Assembly: GCA_040883225.1 (NCBI GenBank)
Contig: JBFLKP010000251.1
Coordinates: forward strand, 1 to 47,020
DNA from: Candidatus Limnocylindrales bacterium
GTDB lineage: Bacteria; Chloroflexota; Limnocylindria; Limnocylindrales; CSP1-4
Length of the DNA stretch: 47,020 nucleotides
Direction: 5' to 3'
The translations under genes and the position numbers were made by a program. The notes beneath the pieces are model-generated. The model was given only the letters and a program-made list of their open reading frames with translations. It did not search any database and was not told where the DNA came from. Each line of letters starts with the position of its first letter. Within the stretch, counting starts at the first letter, position 1. Of the stretch, positions 1-9,146 are shown one piece after another.

Positions 1-494
1 ACGCGCGCGACGTGGAACGACGAGGGCGTCGGCACGACCATGAAGCTGGCGGCTACCTCGCTGGCGCGGACCATCGCGACGTGGTCCGGCAGCCACTGGT
101 CGGTGAGGCCGTCGGCGTAGTTCGCGAGGAACAGCTCGTCGCCACCGACATGCGGCTCGACCGCGGCGAGGCGCTCGCTCGTCGTGGCCAACTCGCCCGT
201 ATCGACGAAGGTGATGGTCCAGTCCGCGATGTCCGCGCCATGGAGCCGGAGGTCGTCACCACGCAGGCTGAAGTCATTGGACTCCCACTCCCGGTACTCG
301 ACGAAGTACTCCTTGATCAGCTCCGCCTTGTAGCCCAGGCAGAGGATGAAGTCGGTATGTCCGAAGTAGGCGTAGTACTTCATCAGGTGCCACAGGATGG
401 GGCGGTTGCCGATGATCGCCAGGGGTTTGGGGCGATCGTTCTCGGGATCGCGGATGCGCATACCCTGGCCGCCGCAGAGAAGGACGACTTTCAA
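1..494 (-). CDS. rfbF: glucose-1-phosphate cytidylyltransferase (RfbF-like), N-terminal part; gene runs off the left edge
   Basis: Absent from the ORF track because it is open at the window edge. Manual minus-strand translation from TTG at 494 gives LKVVLLCGGQGMRIRDPENDRPKPLAIIGNRPILWHLMKYYAYFGHTDFILCLGYKAELIKEYF... This matches the GGxGxR and KPKP..IG..PILWH motifs of CDP-glucose-forming nucleotidyltransferases. A purine-rich GGAACGAGG lies upstream of the TTG. Confidence 0.75.
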   Translation of the reverse strand, partial: MKVVLLCGGQGMRIRDPENDRPKPLAIIGNRPILWHLMKYYAYFGHTDFILCLGYKAELIKEYFVEYREWESNDFSLRGDDLRLHGADIADWTITFVDTGELATTSERLAAVEPHVGGDELFLANYADGLTDQWLPDHVAMVRASEVAASFMVVPTPSSFHVAR

Positions 495-683
495 CGTGCT
501 GGGAGACCTCGTTCCAACGACCTGAGTGGCTCATCTGGCCCGAGTGCTTCGGCGGAACGCAAGGCACCGGCGCGCACATGCCCGATGAGGGCGGGAGCGT
601 ACCATCACGGACGCGCGGCCCACGGGGGCGGCGCCAGGGCTTGGTGACTCCTGTCACCGAAAGTGGATGGCGCTAGGCCGACC

Positions 684-2063
684 TCACTCGACCGACTGGA
701 TGGCCACGTCGAGATGCGAGGGGATGGGCACCCCGGCATCACCGAGCCACGTTCGGACCTCGTCGGAACCGAGATACACGCTGTCTTGTCCGGCCCTCGT
801 TCGCTCGAACGCCTCGTGGTCCATGAGCTGGCCTCGCCACGTGAAGACCCGTGCGTCGGATCCGCCGCCGGACCAGTAGGCGCCACCAGACCCCAGGTTG
901 CCGGACCCGGCACGGAAGAGGTCTCCGTCCCAGTCCTGGGCCCAGAACATGAGCATCGCTCCGTCCTCGCCGATGACGAGGTTGTCGATCGTCTGGTTGT
1001 CGTGCGCGATGTGGTCCCAGTCATCGCGATCCTGGCTGACGATGCTGATGCCCACGTGGTTCCAGGCCACGACGTTACCTTCCACGCGCGCGCCGCCGGA
1101 TGAGCTGACAAGGATGCCGGCGCCCCAGCCCCAGCCGTCCTTGCCCCAGCCGTTCCCCCACACGCGGTTGTCCGTGATGGTGGCACCGGTGCTGACCTCG
1201 AACATGATGCCGGCGTGAGAGTTGTCGCGCACGGTGTTGCCCGCGACGAGGATGTCCTTGCAGAAGATGTCGCACCAGAGTCCGGGCCCGGCGTTCTCGT
1301 AGACCGTGTTGCCTTCGAGGCGGAGGCCGACCTGCCGCGTGGCCTTGAGGCCGCCGGCCTCCCATTCGGGGTCGAAGCCATCGGTGTTGTTGTTGCGGAT
1401 GGTGTTGCCGACGATCACGTTGCCATGACCGTTCTCGTCATCGCCGCCGACATGGATGCCCAGCTGTCCGGCGTGGTGGATGTCACAGTTCTCGACGCGC
1501 GACTCGTTGCCCAGCCCGATCTCCACGTTGGCCCCGGCCGCATACGCGAGGTCGCAGTCCCTCAGCACGAAGCGGGAGATGCCCGGCTCGACACGGACTG
1601 CCCCGGTCTGGGGGCCATTCGTCGCATGGCGCATGGTGAAGCCTTCCACGGTCACGTCAGAGGCAGCCACGGTCAGCCAGACGTCGCGGACCGTCTCGCC
1701 CGACTCGTCCTGACCGCTGATGGTCGCACCATAGCCGCGGACGGTCATGGGGCGGTCGATGACCACCGCCTCGCGGTAGACGCAGGGACTGACGTTCAAC
1801 ACCGAACCCGATGGGGTGGCGTCGATGAGCTCCTGCAGCGAACCGCAGGCCATCGTCTCGGCGGGCTGCGGCGAGAGGTCTTCGACAAGGACGTCATCCT
1901 GCGCCACCAGGGCCACGGGCAGCAGCATCAGCAACGCGAGCACGCCGACCACGTGCACCAGCAGCCAAGCCCAGCCACGCCCTGAGCGCCGGAGGCCGGT
2001 CGGGCGCGCGGGCGGTCGCTGTGCCGCATGAGGATCGCGTGTGTCAGGACGATCGAGTTCCAC
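684..2063 (-). CDS. membrane-anchored right-handed parallel beta-helix repeat protein (pectate-lyase/NosD-like fold)
   Basis: 459-aa ORF with an N-terminal hydrophobic anchor (WAWLLVHVVGVLALLMLLPVALVA). Repeated beta-helix turns follow: NVIVGNTIRNN, LEGNTVYENAGPG, VAGNTVRDNSHAG, ITDNRVWGNG, VEGNVVAWNHVG. Confidence 0.8.
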   Translation of the reverse strand: MELDRPDTRDPHAAQRPPARPTGLRRSGRGWAWLLVHVVGVLALLMLLPVALVAQDDVLVEDLSPQPAETMACGSLQELIDATPSGSVLNVSPCVYREAVVIDRPMTVRGYGATISGQDESGETVRDVWLTVAASDVTVEGFTMRHATNGPQTGAVRVEPGISRFVLRDCDLAYAAGANVEIGLGNESRVENCDIHHAGQLGIHVGGDDENGHGNVIVGNTIRNNNTDGFDPEWEAGGLKATRQVGLRLEGNTVYENAGPGLWCDIFCKDILVAGNTVRDNSHAGIMFEVSTGATITDNRVWGNGWGKDGWGWGAGILVSSSGGARVEGNVVAWNHVGISIVSQDRDDWDHIAHDNQTIDNLVIGEDGAMLMFWAQDWDGDLFRAGSGNLGSGGAYWSGGGSDARVFTWRGQLMDHEAFERTRAGQDSVYLGSDEVRTWLGDAGVPIPSHLDVAIQSVE

Positions 2064-2231
2064 GAGGCTGGAGTGTAGGCCGGAATCGTCGAATCCGCCG
2101 TCGCGCGCTCCGGCGTGTGGCCCGCGGCCGTCGCACCGCGGGGGCGTCCCGCGGTCGGCGGCAGACCGTCGTGTTGCCTGCGGTCATCGCAAACCGGCCC
2201 GGGCCCCTCTTCCATCCCCCGCGAAGGTGCC

Positions 2232-2972
2232 ATGCTAGCCCTCATGACGAACGGACTACGGGCGGTCATCCAGGCCGGTGGCCGCGGGACCCGGCTCTAT
2301 CCATACTCCACGGTCCTACCCAAGGCGCTGATGCCGCTCGAGCGCGACGTGGTCGTCGTCGATGCCCTCCTGGCCATGCTCAAGCGTGCGGGGTGCGACA
2401 CCGTCTACTTCACGGTGCGCGACTTCTACCGCCTGCTTCGAAGCTACTGCGGCGACGGCAGCCGGTACGGCTTGCGCATCGAATACGTGGAGGAGGCCGA
2501 GCCGCTGGGAACGATCGGGCCGCTGCGGCCCATGCGCGAGCGGCTCGACACGACGTTCTTCGTGACCAACAGCGACGTCTACCTCGACCTCGACACCGAT
2601 GCCTTCCTGGCCGCGCACCGCCGTCACGGGACGGCGCTGACCGTGGCGGTGACGCGCCAGACGGTGGACATCGCCTACGGCGTGCTGGACCTCGATGATG
2701 GCGTGGTAACCACCTTCCGGGAGAAGCCCAAGGAGTCCTTCACCGTATCGACCGGCGTGTACCTGATGGAGCCGCGGATCATCGATCTCATCCCTGAGGG
2801 GCCGTTCGGCTTCGACGACCTCGTCCACCGCATGCTGGCCGAACGGATCCCCATCGGCGCCTTCCACCATGACGGCACGTGGATCGACATCGGTCGTATC
2901 GAGGAGCTCCGGCGCGCGCAGCAGGAGGCAGCCGGCTACCTGGCCACGGAGCCGCCCAATGGCTCGCACTGA
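2232..2972 (+). CDS. sugar-1-phosphate nucleotidyltransferase (NTP_transferase family)
   Basis: Carries the GGRGTRLYPYSTVLPKALMPL signature (GxGTRL...K). The start is trimmed to ATG 2232 (alternative 2244) inside ORF 2115..2972, because the upstream part is Arg/Pro-rich junk. Confidence 0.85.
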   Translation: MLALMTNGLRAVIQAGGRGTRLYPYSTVLPKALMPLERDVVVVDALLAMLKRAGCDTVYFTVRDFYRLLRSYCGDGSRYGLRIEYVEEAEPLGTIGPLRPMRERLDTTFFVTNSDVYLDLDTDAFLAAHRRHGTALTVAVTRQTVDIAYGVLDLDDGVVTTFREKPKESFTVSTGVYLMEPRIIDLIPEGPFGFDDLVHRMLAERIPIGAFHHDGTWIDIGRIEELRRAQQEAAGYLATEPPNGSH

Positions 2973-4122
2973 AGGGACCTCGCCCGACCCCGAGCGGGTG
3001 TCGCTCATCGAGCTCGGCCCCCCGTCGCTCGGCGCCGACGAGAAGGACGCCATCGCGGCCGTGCTGGACAGTGGCTGGCTCACGATGGGCGAGCACGTAC
3101 GGAGCTTCGAAGCAGAGTTCGCTGCGCTCCACGGGGTGGACGACGCGATCTGTGTCGGTTCTGCCACCGCGGCGCTGCAGATGAGCCTGCAGGCCTTCGA
3201 CGTCGGCCCCGGCGACGAGGTGCTGGTGCCCTCGTTGACGTTCGTGGCCACCGCCAACGTGGTGGTGCATGCCGGAGCGACGCCAGTGTTCGTGGACATC
3301 GACGACCCGCTCGTGCCGCACATGTCGCTGGCTGATGCCGAGCGACGCCTGACCGAGCGCACCAAGGCCATCATCCTGGTGCACTACGCGGGCACCACCT
3401 GCGACCTCCCCGCTTGGCGTGATTTCGCCGACACGCACGGACTGCTGCTCTTCGAGGACGCCGCGCACTGTGCCGGCATGCGGGGTCACGGCCGCCTGAC
3501 CGAAGCTGCGGCCTTCAGCTTCTACAGCAACAAGAACATGACCACCGCCGAGGGCGGCATGCTCGTGGTGCGCGACCCCGAGCGCTCGGACCGGGCCAGG
3601 GCGCTCCGCAACCACGGCCTCACCGCGAGCACGCTGGACCGCTCCAGCGGGCGCGCCGCCGGCTACGACGTCGTGGACTTCGGCCACAACTTCCGCATGG
3701 ATGAGATCCGCGCGGCCATCGGCCGCGTACAGCTCACCAAGCTCCTGGCGTGGAACGACGCGCGGCGTGCCATCAGCGCGCGCTACCGCGAGCGTCTGGC
3801 ATCGGCGATCCCGTCGGTCGAAGTACCATTCGAGGGGACGCGACCGACCGCGGCCCACATCCAGCCCATCCTTCTCCCGCTCGGGACCGACCGTCCGAAG
3901 ATCGCGAGCGAACTGCGGAGCGCCAGGATCCAAACGAGCATGCACTACCCCCCGATCCACCGATTCGATGCGTATCGGCGCACGTACGGCGAGAGGCACC
4001 TGCCCACGACGGAGGCGTTCGCAGCGAGAGAGCTGACGGTGCCGCTGCATCCCAAGCTGACCGACGACGACGTCGATCGTGTCGTCTCGAGCCTTGCGGA
4101 CGCGCTGGCCAGCGCACGATGA
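2959..4122 (+). CDS. DegT/DnrJ/EryC1/StrS family sugar aminotransferase (PLP-dependent)
   Basis: Shows family motifs LGADEKDAIAAVLDSGWLTMGEHVRSFEAEFA and FSFYSNKNMTTAEGGMLVV (PLP lysine context). ATG 2959 overlaps the upstream stop by 14 nt. Confidence 0.9.
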   Translation: MARTEGTSPDPERVSLIELGPPSLGADEKDAIAAVLDSGWLTMGEHVRSFEAEFAALHGVDDAICVGSATAALQMSLQAFDVGPGDEVLVPSLTFVATANVVVHAGATPVFVDIDDPLVPHMSLADAERRLTERTKAIILVHYAGTTCDLPAWRDFADTHGLLLFEDAAHCAGMRGHGRLTEAAAFSFYSNKNMTTAEGGMLVVRDPERSDRARALRNHGLTASTLDRSSGRAAGYDVVDFGHNFRMDEIRAAIGRVQLTKLLAWNDARRAISARYRERLASAIPSVEVPFEGTRPTAAHIQPILLPLGTDRPKIASELRSARIQTSMHYPPIHRFDAYRRTYGERHLPTTEAFAARELTVPLHPKLTDDDVDRVVSSLADALASAR

Positions 4123-5300
4123 GGATTCTGCTGGCCCATAACCGCTACGCGTTGCGAGGCGGAGAGGACAGCGTCTTCGACCACGAGGTCGAGATGCTGC
4201 GCAACCACGACCACGAGGTCGAGCAGTACCTGAAGCTCAACGCCGATCTGCCGAAGCCCGGCCCCGTCGGCGGCATCGCGCTCGCGGCCGGAACGGTCTT
4301 CAGCCGCACGAACTATCGCGAGGTCCTCGACGCGATCGATCGCTTCCGGCCGGATGTCGTCCACGTCCACAACACGCTGCCGCAGATCTCGCCATCGATC
4401 TACTTCGCCGCAGCCAAGCGGGGGCTGCCCGTGGTGCAGACCTTGCACAACTACCGGCTCCTCTGTGCCAACGGGCTGCTGATGCGGGACCAGCGGGTCT
4501 GCGAGGACTGCGTCGGCCGCCGGGTGATGGTGCCTGCGGTCCGCCACAAGTGCTACCGCGACAGCGTCGCGGCCTCGGCCGCGGTGGCCACGATGCTGGG
4601 CATCCACCGGGCTATCGGCACGTACCGCAGCAAGGTCACGATGTACATCGCTCTGACCGAGTTCTCCCGCTCGAAGCTGCTCGAGGCAGGCCTCAACCCC
4701 GAGGATGTCGTCATCAAGCCGAACTTCGCCGCGGACATCCACGGTGACGCGGCGCTGACATCGACGCGAACCGGAGCCCTCTTCGTCGGTCGGCTGGCGG
4801 AGGAGAAGGGCGTCCGCGTCATGGCCCAGGCATGGCGAGACCTCGAGGTCGACCTGAAGGTGTTGGGCGAGGGTCCCCTGGCGCCGCTGCTGGCCAAGGG
4901 CAGTGCGCCCGATCGCATCGACCTCCGCGGCTTCGTCTCGGGTGATGCGCTGGCGGAGTCGATGCGCACGTCCTCATTCATCGTCATGCCCTCGCTGGTG
5001 TACGAAGGGTTCCCCATGGTGGTCGCCGAGGCCTACGCTGCCGGGCTGCCCATCGTCGCCTCCAGGCTCGGGGCGCTGGGCGAGGTGGTAGAGGACGGCG
5101 TGACCGGACTGCATTTCGAGGCCGGCGACGCCGCCGACCTCGCGGCCAAGGTCCGATGGGCGAACGAGCACCCTGACGAGATGGCTCGGATGGGCCGCAA
5201 CGCCCGAGAGCGCTATCTCGAGCGGTACACGCCGGAGAGCAACCACAAGCGACTGATCGAGATCTACGAGGAAGCGCAGAGACGGGTGGCCGCCGGATGA
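4119..5300 (+). CDS. glycosyltransferase family 4 (GT-B, retaining type)
   Basis: Starts MRILLAHNRY... and carries the EX7E-type motif EGFPMVVAEAYAAGLPIVASRLGALGEVVEDGVTG. An ATGA start/stop overlap joins it to the aminotransferase gene. Confidence 0.85.
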   Translation: MRILLAHNRYALRGGEDSVFDHEVEMLRNHDHEVEQYLKLNADLPKPGPVGGIALAAGTVFSRTNYREVLDAIDRFRPDVVHVHNTLPQISPSIYFAAAKRGLPVVQTLHNYRLLCANGLLMRDQRVCEDCVGRRVMVPAVRHKCYRDSVAASAAVATMLGIHRAIGTYRSKVTMYIALTEFSRSKLLEAGLNPEDVVIKPNFAADIHGDAALTSTRTGALFVGRLAEEKGVRVMAQAWRDLEVDLKVLGEGPLAPLLAKGSAPDRIDLRGFVSGDALAESMRTSSFIVMPSLVYEGFPMVVAEAYAAGLPIVASRLGALGEVVEDGVTGLHFEAGDAADLAAKVRWANEHPDEMARMGRNARERYLERYTPESNHKRLIEIYEEAQRRVAAG

Positions 5301-6289
5301 GGTTCGACGAGCGCTCCATCCTCGTGGTCGGCGGCGCTGGCTACATCGGCTCGGTACTCGCCGGCCTGCTCCTTGATGCGGGCGCCCACGTGCGTGTGCT
5401 GGACCGGTTCATCTACGACAACGCCTTCGCCGTGCGACATCTGCTGGACCGACCCGGGATGGAATTGGTGCGCGGCGACCTGCGCGATCGTGAGGCGGTC
5501 ACGGCAGCTCGCGCGGGAGCCACTGACGTGGTCCTGCTGGCCTCGCTCGTGGGAGACCCGATCTGCAAGAAGTATCCGGAGCTGGCCGTGGCCGTCAACG
5601 AGGATGCGGCCAAGGCCCTCATCGACGACCTCGCCGATGACGACACCCGACTCGTGTTCCTCTCGACCTGCAGCAACTACGGCATCCTCGAGGGCGAGGC
5701 GCTGGCCACCGAAACGACCGAGCTCAACCCGCAGTCGCTCTACGCACGCACGAAGATCGCGGTTGAGGAGCATGTGCTGGCTCAGGGCGCGGCGTTCCCA
5801 GCCACGATCCTGCGCCTGGCCACGGCCTACGGCCTGTCGCCCCGCATGCGCTTCGATCTCACCGTCTCGCAGTTCACGCGTGAGCTGGCCGCGGGCAACG
5901 CGCTCGAGGTCTACGACGCCGATACCTGGAGACCGTACTGCCACGTGCGCGATATCTCGAAGGCCATCATGACCGTGCTATCGAGCCCCCTCGAGCCAGT
6001 CGCGGGTGAGGTCTTCAACGTCGGCGACACGGCCCAGCAGTTCACCAAGCGCATGATCGTGGAGCAGGCCGCGTCGCTCCTCACGGGCGCTTCGGTGGCC
6101 TACCGTGAGGGCGACACCGATCCACGCAACTATCGTGTCTCGTTCGAGAAGATCAGGAACACGCTCGGGTTCGAGTGCGACTACACCGTGGAGGGCTACG
6201 TGCCCGCCCTGGTCAGGGCTGTCCAGGCCGGTGTGTTCGATGATGTCGAAGGCAACGAGCGCTACGGCAACTACACCGTGGATCTCTAG
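5297..6289 (+). CDS. NAD-dependent epimerase/dehydratase (extended SDR)
   Basis: Has a Rossmann motif VVGGAGYIGS and a catalytic YARTK (YxxxK). An ATGA overlap joins it to the GT4 gene. Confidence 0.9.
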   Translation: MRFDERSILVVGGAGYIGSVLAGLLLDAGAHVRVLDRFIYDNAFAVRHLLDRPGMELVRGDLRDREAVTAARAGATDVVLLASLVGDPICKKYPELAVAVNEDAAKALIDDLADDDTRLVFLSTCSNYGILEGEALATETTELNPQSLYARTKIAVEEHVLAQGAAFPATILRLATAYGLSPRMRFDLTVSQFTRELAAGNALEVYDADTWRPYCHVRDISKAIMTVLSSPLEPVAGEVFNVGDTAQQFTKRMIVEQAASLLTGASVAYREGDTDPRNYRVSFEKIRNTLGFECDYTVEGYVPALVRAVQAGVFDDVEGNERYGNYTVDL

Positions 6290-6315
6290 CGGTCACCTTT
6301 CGCGAGCTGGCCACG

Positions 6316-7233
6316 TTACCGTCCGGGGAACGCCGGTGCGGTCACGGGCTGGCGCGGGAGTCGGGCAAGGTGGAAGCGGTCGATGAGGTCCACCAGCCGG
6401 GCGCCATCGCCAGGCGGGACCAGATCGAGGGACTGCGCGATCCAACCGGCGACCGCAGCTGGAGTGACGCCGATGGACGCGAGCGCGGAGAGCGTGACCG
6501 CCCCGTCGCGCTTGGCCAGGCGCTCGCCGGCCTCGTTGATCACGAGCGGCACGTGGAGGTAGCGCGGCGTGGGGTAGCCCAACAGCCGCTGCAGCAGGAT
6601 CTGCCGGGGCGTCGACTCGAGCAGGTCGTCGCCTCGGACCACCTCGGTCACTCCCTGCTCGGCGTCATCGACCACGACGGCCACGTTGTAGGCGGGCGTG
6701 CCGTCGTTTCGGCGCAGCACGAAGTCGTCGACGCCCCCGCCCGCCGGACCGTGGAGGACGTCCTCGAAGGCGATGTGGCGGCCATCCGAGCGCAGCCGTC
6801 GCGCGGGTGCCCGGCCGGACGCGCGCAACTCGGCCGCTCGAGCCGGATCGAGGTCGCGACAGGTTCCGGGGTACGCGTCGGGCGGCAGGTGCGGCGCGCT
6901 CGGCGCAGCCTCGATCTCCTCGCGGATCTGGCGGCGTGTGCAGTAGCACTCGTAGACCAGGCCGGCCTCGGCCAACCGCTCGATGGCCGCCTCGTAGCGG
7001 TCGTAGCGCTCGCTCTGGCGGACGACCTCCCCGTCCCAATCGATGCCGATGGCCGCGAGGTCGGCCAGCTGACGGGCCTCGTGCTCGGGCCGGGAGCGCT
7101 GCCGGTCGAGGTCCTCCACGCGGAGCAGGAACGGCAGTCCTGCCGCGCGTGCGGAGAGCCAGGCCACCGCGGCGGTGCGCAGGTTCCCGAGGTGGAGCTC
7201 GCCGGTCGGCGACGGCGCGAATCGTCCGCTCAT
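6316..7233 (-). CDS. gluQ: glutamyl-Q tRNA(Asp) synthetase
   Basis: Begins MSGRFAPSPTGELHLGNLRTA (HIGH-type motif). It is a truncated GluRS-like catalytic domain of about 305 aa with no anticodon-binding domain, and has CYCTRR...YPGTC Zn-site residues. The start is trimmed to M76 of ORF 6316..7458. Confidence 0.9.
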   Translation of the reverse strand: MSGRFAPSPTGELHLGNLRTAAVAWLSARAAGLPFLLRVEDLDRQRSRPEHEARQLADLAAIGIDWDGEVVRQSERYDRYEAAIERLAEAGLVYECYCTRRQIREEIEAAPSAPHLPPDAYPGTCRDLDPARAAELRASGRAPARRLRSDGRHIAFEDVLHGPAGGGVDDFVLRRNDGTPAYNVAVVVDDAEQGVTEVVRGDDLLESTPRQILLQRLLGYPTPRYLHVPLVINEAGERLAKRDGAVTLSALASIGVTPAAVAGWIAQSLDLVPPGDGARLVDLIDRFHLARLPRQPVTAPAFPGR

Positions 7234-7249
7234 GTGACCATTCTGTGCC

Positions 7250-7627
7250 GTGGCGACGAAACCCGACCGCCGTGCTCGCATGGCCCTCATCCTCGAACGC
7301 GATGGACGCGCCTGCGTGTGGTGCGGGCGCGAGATCGACGTGCGCCTGGTCGAGGCCACGACCGAGCACGTGGTCCCACGCATCAAGGGCGGACCGAGCT
7401 GGATCGAGAACGAGGTCGCGGCCTGCCGGCGCTGCAACAGCCAACGTGGCCATCTCACGCCGGGCGAGTGGCTCGAGGAATGCGAGCGGCGGGGCTGGCA
7501 GCCGAACCGCGACGCCCTGATCCAGGTGCTGAGCTCGCTCGAGGCCGCTATCGCAGCGAATGGGGGGCAACGACGAGCGCGGAGCTACGCGCGCTCCCAG
7601 CTGCGTCGGCTCGGGCAAGCCTCGTGA
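7250..7627 (+). CDS. HNH endonuclease (small, stand-alone)
   Basis: CVWCG...TEHVVPRIKGGPSWIENEVAACRRCNSQRG is a Cys4/HNH beta-beta-alpha-metal motif. GC3 is high along the frame. GTG 7250 could be replaced by ATG 7280 as the start. Confidence 0.8.
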   Translation: MATKPDRRARMALILERDGRACVWCGREIDVRLVEATTEHVVPRIKGGPSWIENEVAACRRCNSQRGHLTPGEWLEECERRGWQPNRDALIQVLSSLEAAIAANGGQRRARSYARSQLRRLGQAS

Positions 7628-7648
7628 TCGGCGTCGAGCCGCTCGGGA

Positions 7649-8866
7649 TCAATCGCCGTCGACGACGTCGTAGAGGAGCGACTTGAACGACGGCGTCAGG
7701 CGCCGGGCGATGGTGCCGGTGATGTGCTTCTTGTCGCGCCAGATGAGGGTGTCGCCCTGGACCACGGGGCATGGGCTGTAGGGACAGAGCTTGTCGTTCA
7801 GGGTCAGGAAGTGCTGGCCCTGCTGGTGGGTCGCATCACGGATGGCCTTCTCGACCGTCCGTAGGCCAAAGGGCTCGCGCGCGGTCACGCAGGCCGACAT
7901 GTCCTTGCGATGTCTCTTCAGGCAGGGCACGGGGTCCGTCCGATTCCTGGGGACGTCGGCAAGGACGATGACCTCGACCGACTCCGGGATGGCCTTGAGC
8001 GAGCGACGTACGCCGGTCGCCCACACGCCCTCTCGCCGGCCGGGCCCGATCTTCTGCCCGTTGGACCTCGCGAGTGCCGCGCTGTCGTCGAACGTGGTCA
8101 TCAACGCGTCGATCTTCGAGCCTCGCTGGCCGATCCACTCGTACGCCTTGTGGCGCCAGGCGCGGCAGGAGGCGCCGCGGTCGGTGTTGTGCATGCCGAA
8201 GGTGTACACGCCTCGCAACGGAGGGCACGAGGCCTTGAACAGCGTGACCAGGTGCCAGCCTCTGGCCTCGGCTGCGCGCCAGGCGGCCTCGGTCCAGGCC
8301 ATGGCGTGGGAGTCGCCCATGAGCACGATGGTGGTGTCGCTGTCGACGTCGCCGAAGTGGCACTTCACGAGCTTGGAGCTCGCCCGCGCCGGCGTGCACC
8401 ACTTGCCCTTCGTCCGCGGCCGGTCCCGGGGCGCTGCCCTGAGCGTGGGCTTGAGGCCGGCAGGGACCCGACGCACCACCTGCTCGCGAGCGTTCGTCTT
8501 GCCATCGCCGTCGTGATCCTCGAGATTGTCGGGCGTGCCATCGCCGTCGGTGTCCCTCGTGCCGGGGTCGGTCCCGGCACGCTGCTCGCCCCGGTTGCCC
8601 AGGCGGTCACCATCGAGGTCCTCCTCGGAGTCGATGATGCCGTCGCCGTCGCTGTCGCGGCGCCGGGGGTCGGTCAGGCCCCACCTGGCTTCGAAGGCGT
8701 CGGTCAGCCCGTCCCGGTCGGAATCGGCGGCGGACGCGGACAGCGGAACTGCCGTGACGAGGATGAGGCCGGCGAGGAGCACCGCGATGCGGCGGGCTGG
8801 CGTGGGCACGGCCGTAGGATGCCTCGATTCGGGGTGGCGTGCAGCGGTACCTCTGGCCCCCTCCAC
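7649..8866 (-). CDS. secreted protein with thrombospondin type-3-like Ca-binding repeats plus a C-terminal SGNH-type hydrolase domain
   Basis: Has a signal-like segment RRIAVLLAGLILVTAVPLSASA. DxDxDG repeats follow (DSDRDGLTD, DSDGDGIIDSEEDLDGD, DTDGDGTPDNLEDHDGDGK). The C-terminal half carries LMGDSHA, as in the SGNH domains attached to O-acyltransferases. GTG 8809 (MPTPARRIAVLL...) is a plausible alternative start. Confidence 0.75.
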   Translation of the reverse strand: MEGARGTAARHPESRHPTAVPTPARRIAVLLAGLILVTAVPLSASAADSDRDGLTDAFEARWGLTDPRRRDSDGDGIIDSEEDLDGDRLGNRGEQRAGTDPGTRDTDGDGTPDNLEDHDGDGKTNAREQVVRRVPAGLKPTLRAAPRDRPRTKGKWCTPARASSKLVKCHFGDVDSDTTIVLMGDSHAMAWTEAAWRAAEARGWHLVTLFKASCPPLRGVYTFGMHNTDRGASCRAWRHKAYEWIGQRGSKIDALMTTFDDSAALARSNGQKIGPGRREGVWATGVRRSLKAIPESVEVIVLADVPRNRTDPVPCLKRHRKDMSACVTAREPFGLRTVEKAIRDATHQQGQHFLTLNDKLCPYSPCPVVQGDTLIWRDKKHITGTIARRLTPSFKSLLYDVVDGD

Positions 8867-8945
8867 CTGGCCGGTGCGTCGTCTACGAACGGCGACGCAT
8901 GCGTGGCGACCACGCCGTGGAGCCGGCGCTGGGGACTGTAGGGAA

Positions 8946-9020
<75 letters not shown>

Positions 9021-9146
9021 TCGCTCATGGCGAATCAGCCACGAAACATGGTGCGGGGGAAGGATAGCACCTTCCCAGGGAGCATCCGCTCGGCGGTACT
9101 TCCGAACCCCTTCCGTGGTGCGTCGACGCCCCGCTAGCATCGACTC

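Noticed and set aside
12-647. 211-aa plus-strand ORF and overlapping minus-strand ORFs at the left edge
   Set aside because: The true gene here is the edge-truncated rfbF on the minus strand, in a frame not listed in the track. The listed ORFs are shadow frames with Arg/Gly/Ala-rich products.
6370-7686. 438-aa plus-strand ORF, and the upstream 75 codons of ORF 6316..7458
   Set aside because: It lies antisense to, or out of frame with, gluQ and the HNH gene. The composition is Arg-rich. GluQRS begins at the conserved MSGRFAPSPTG.
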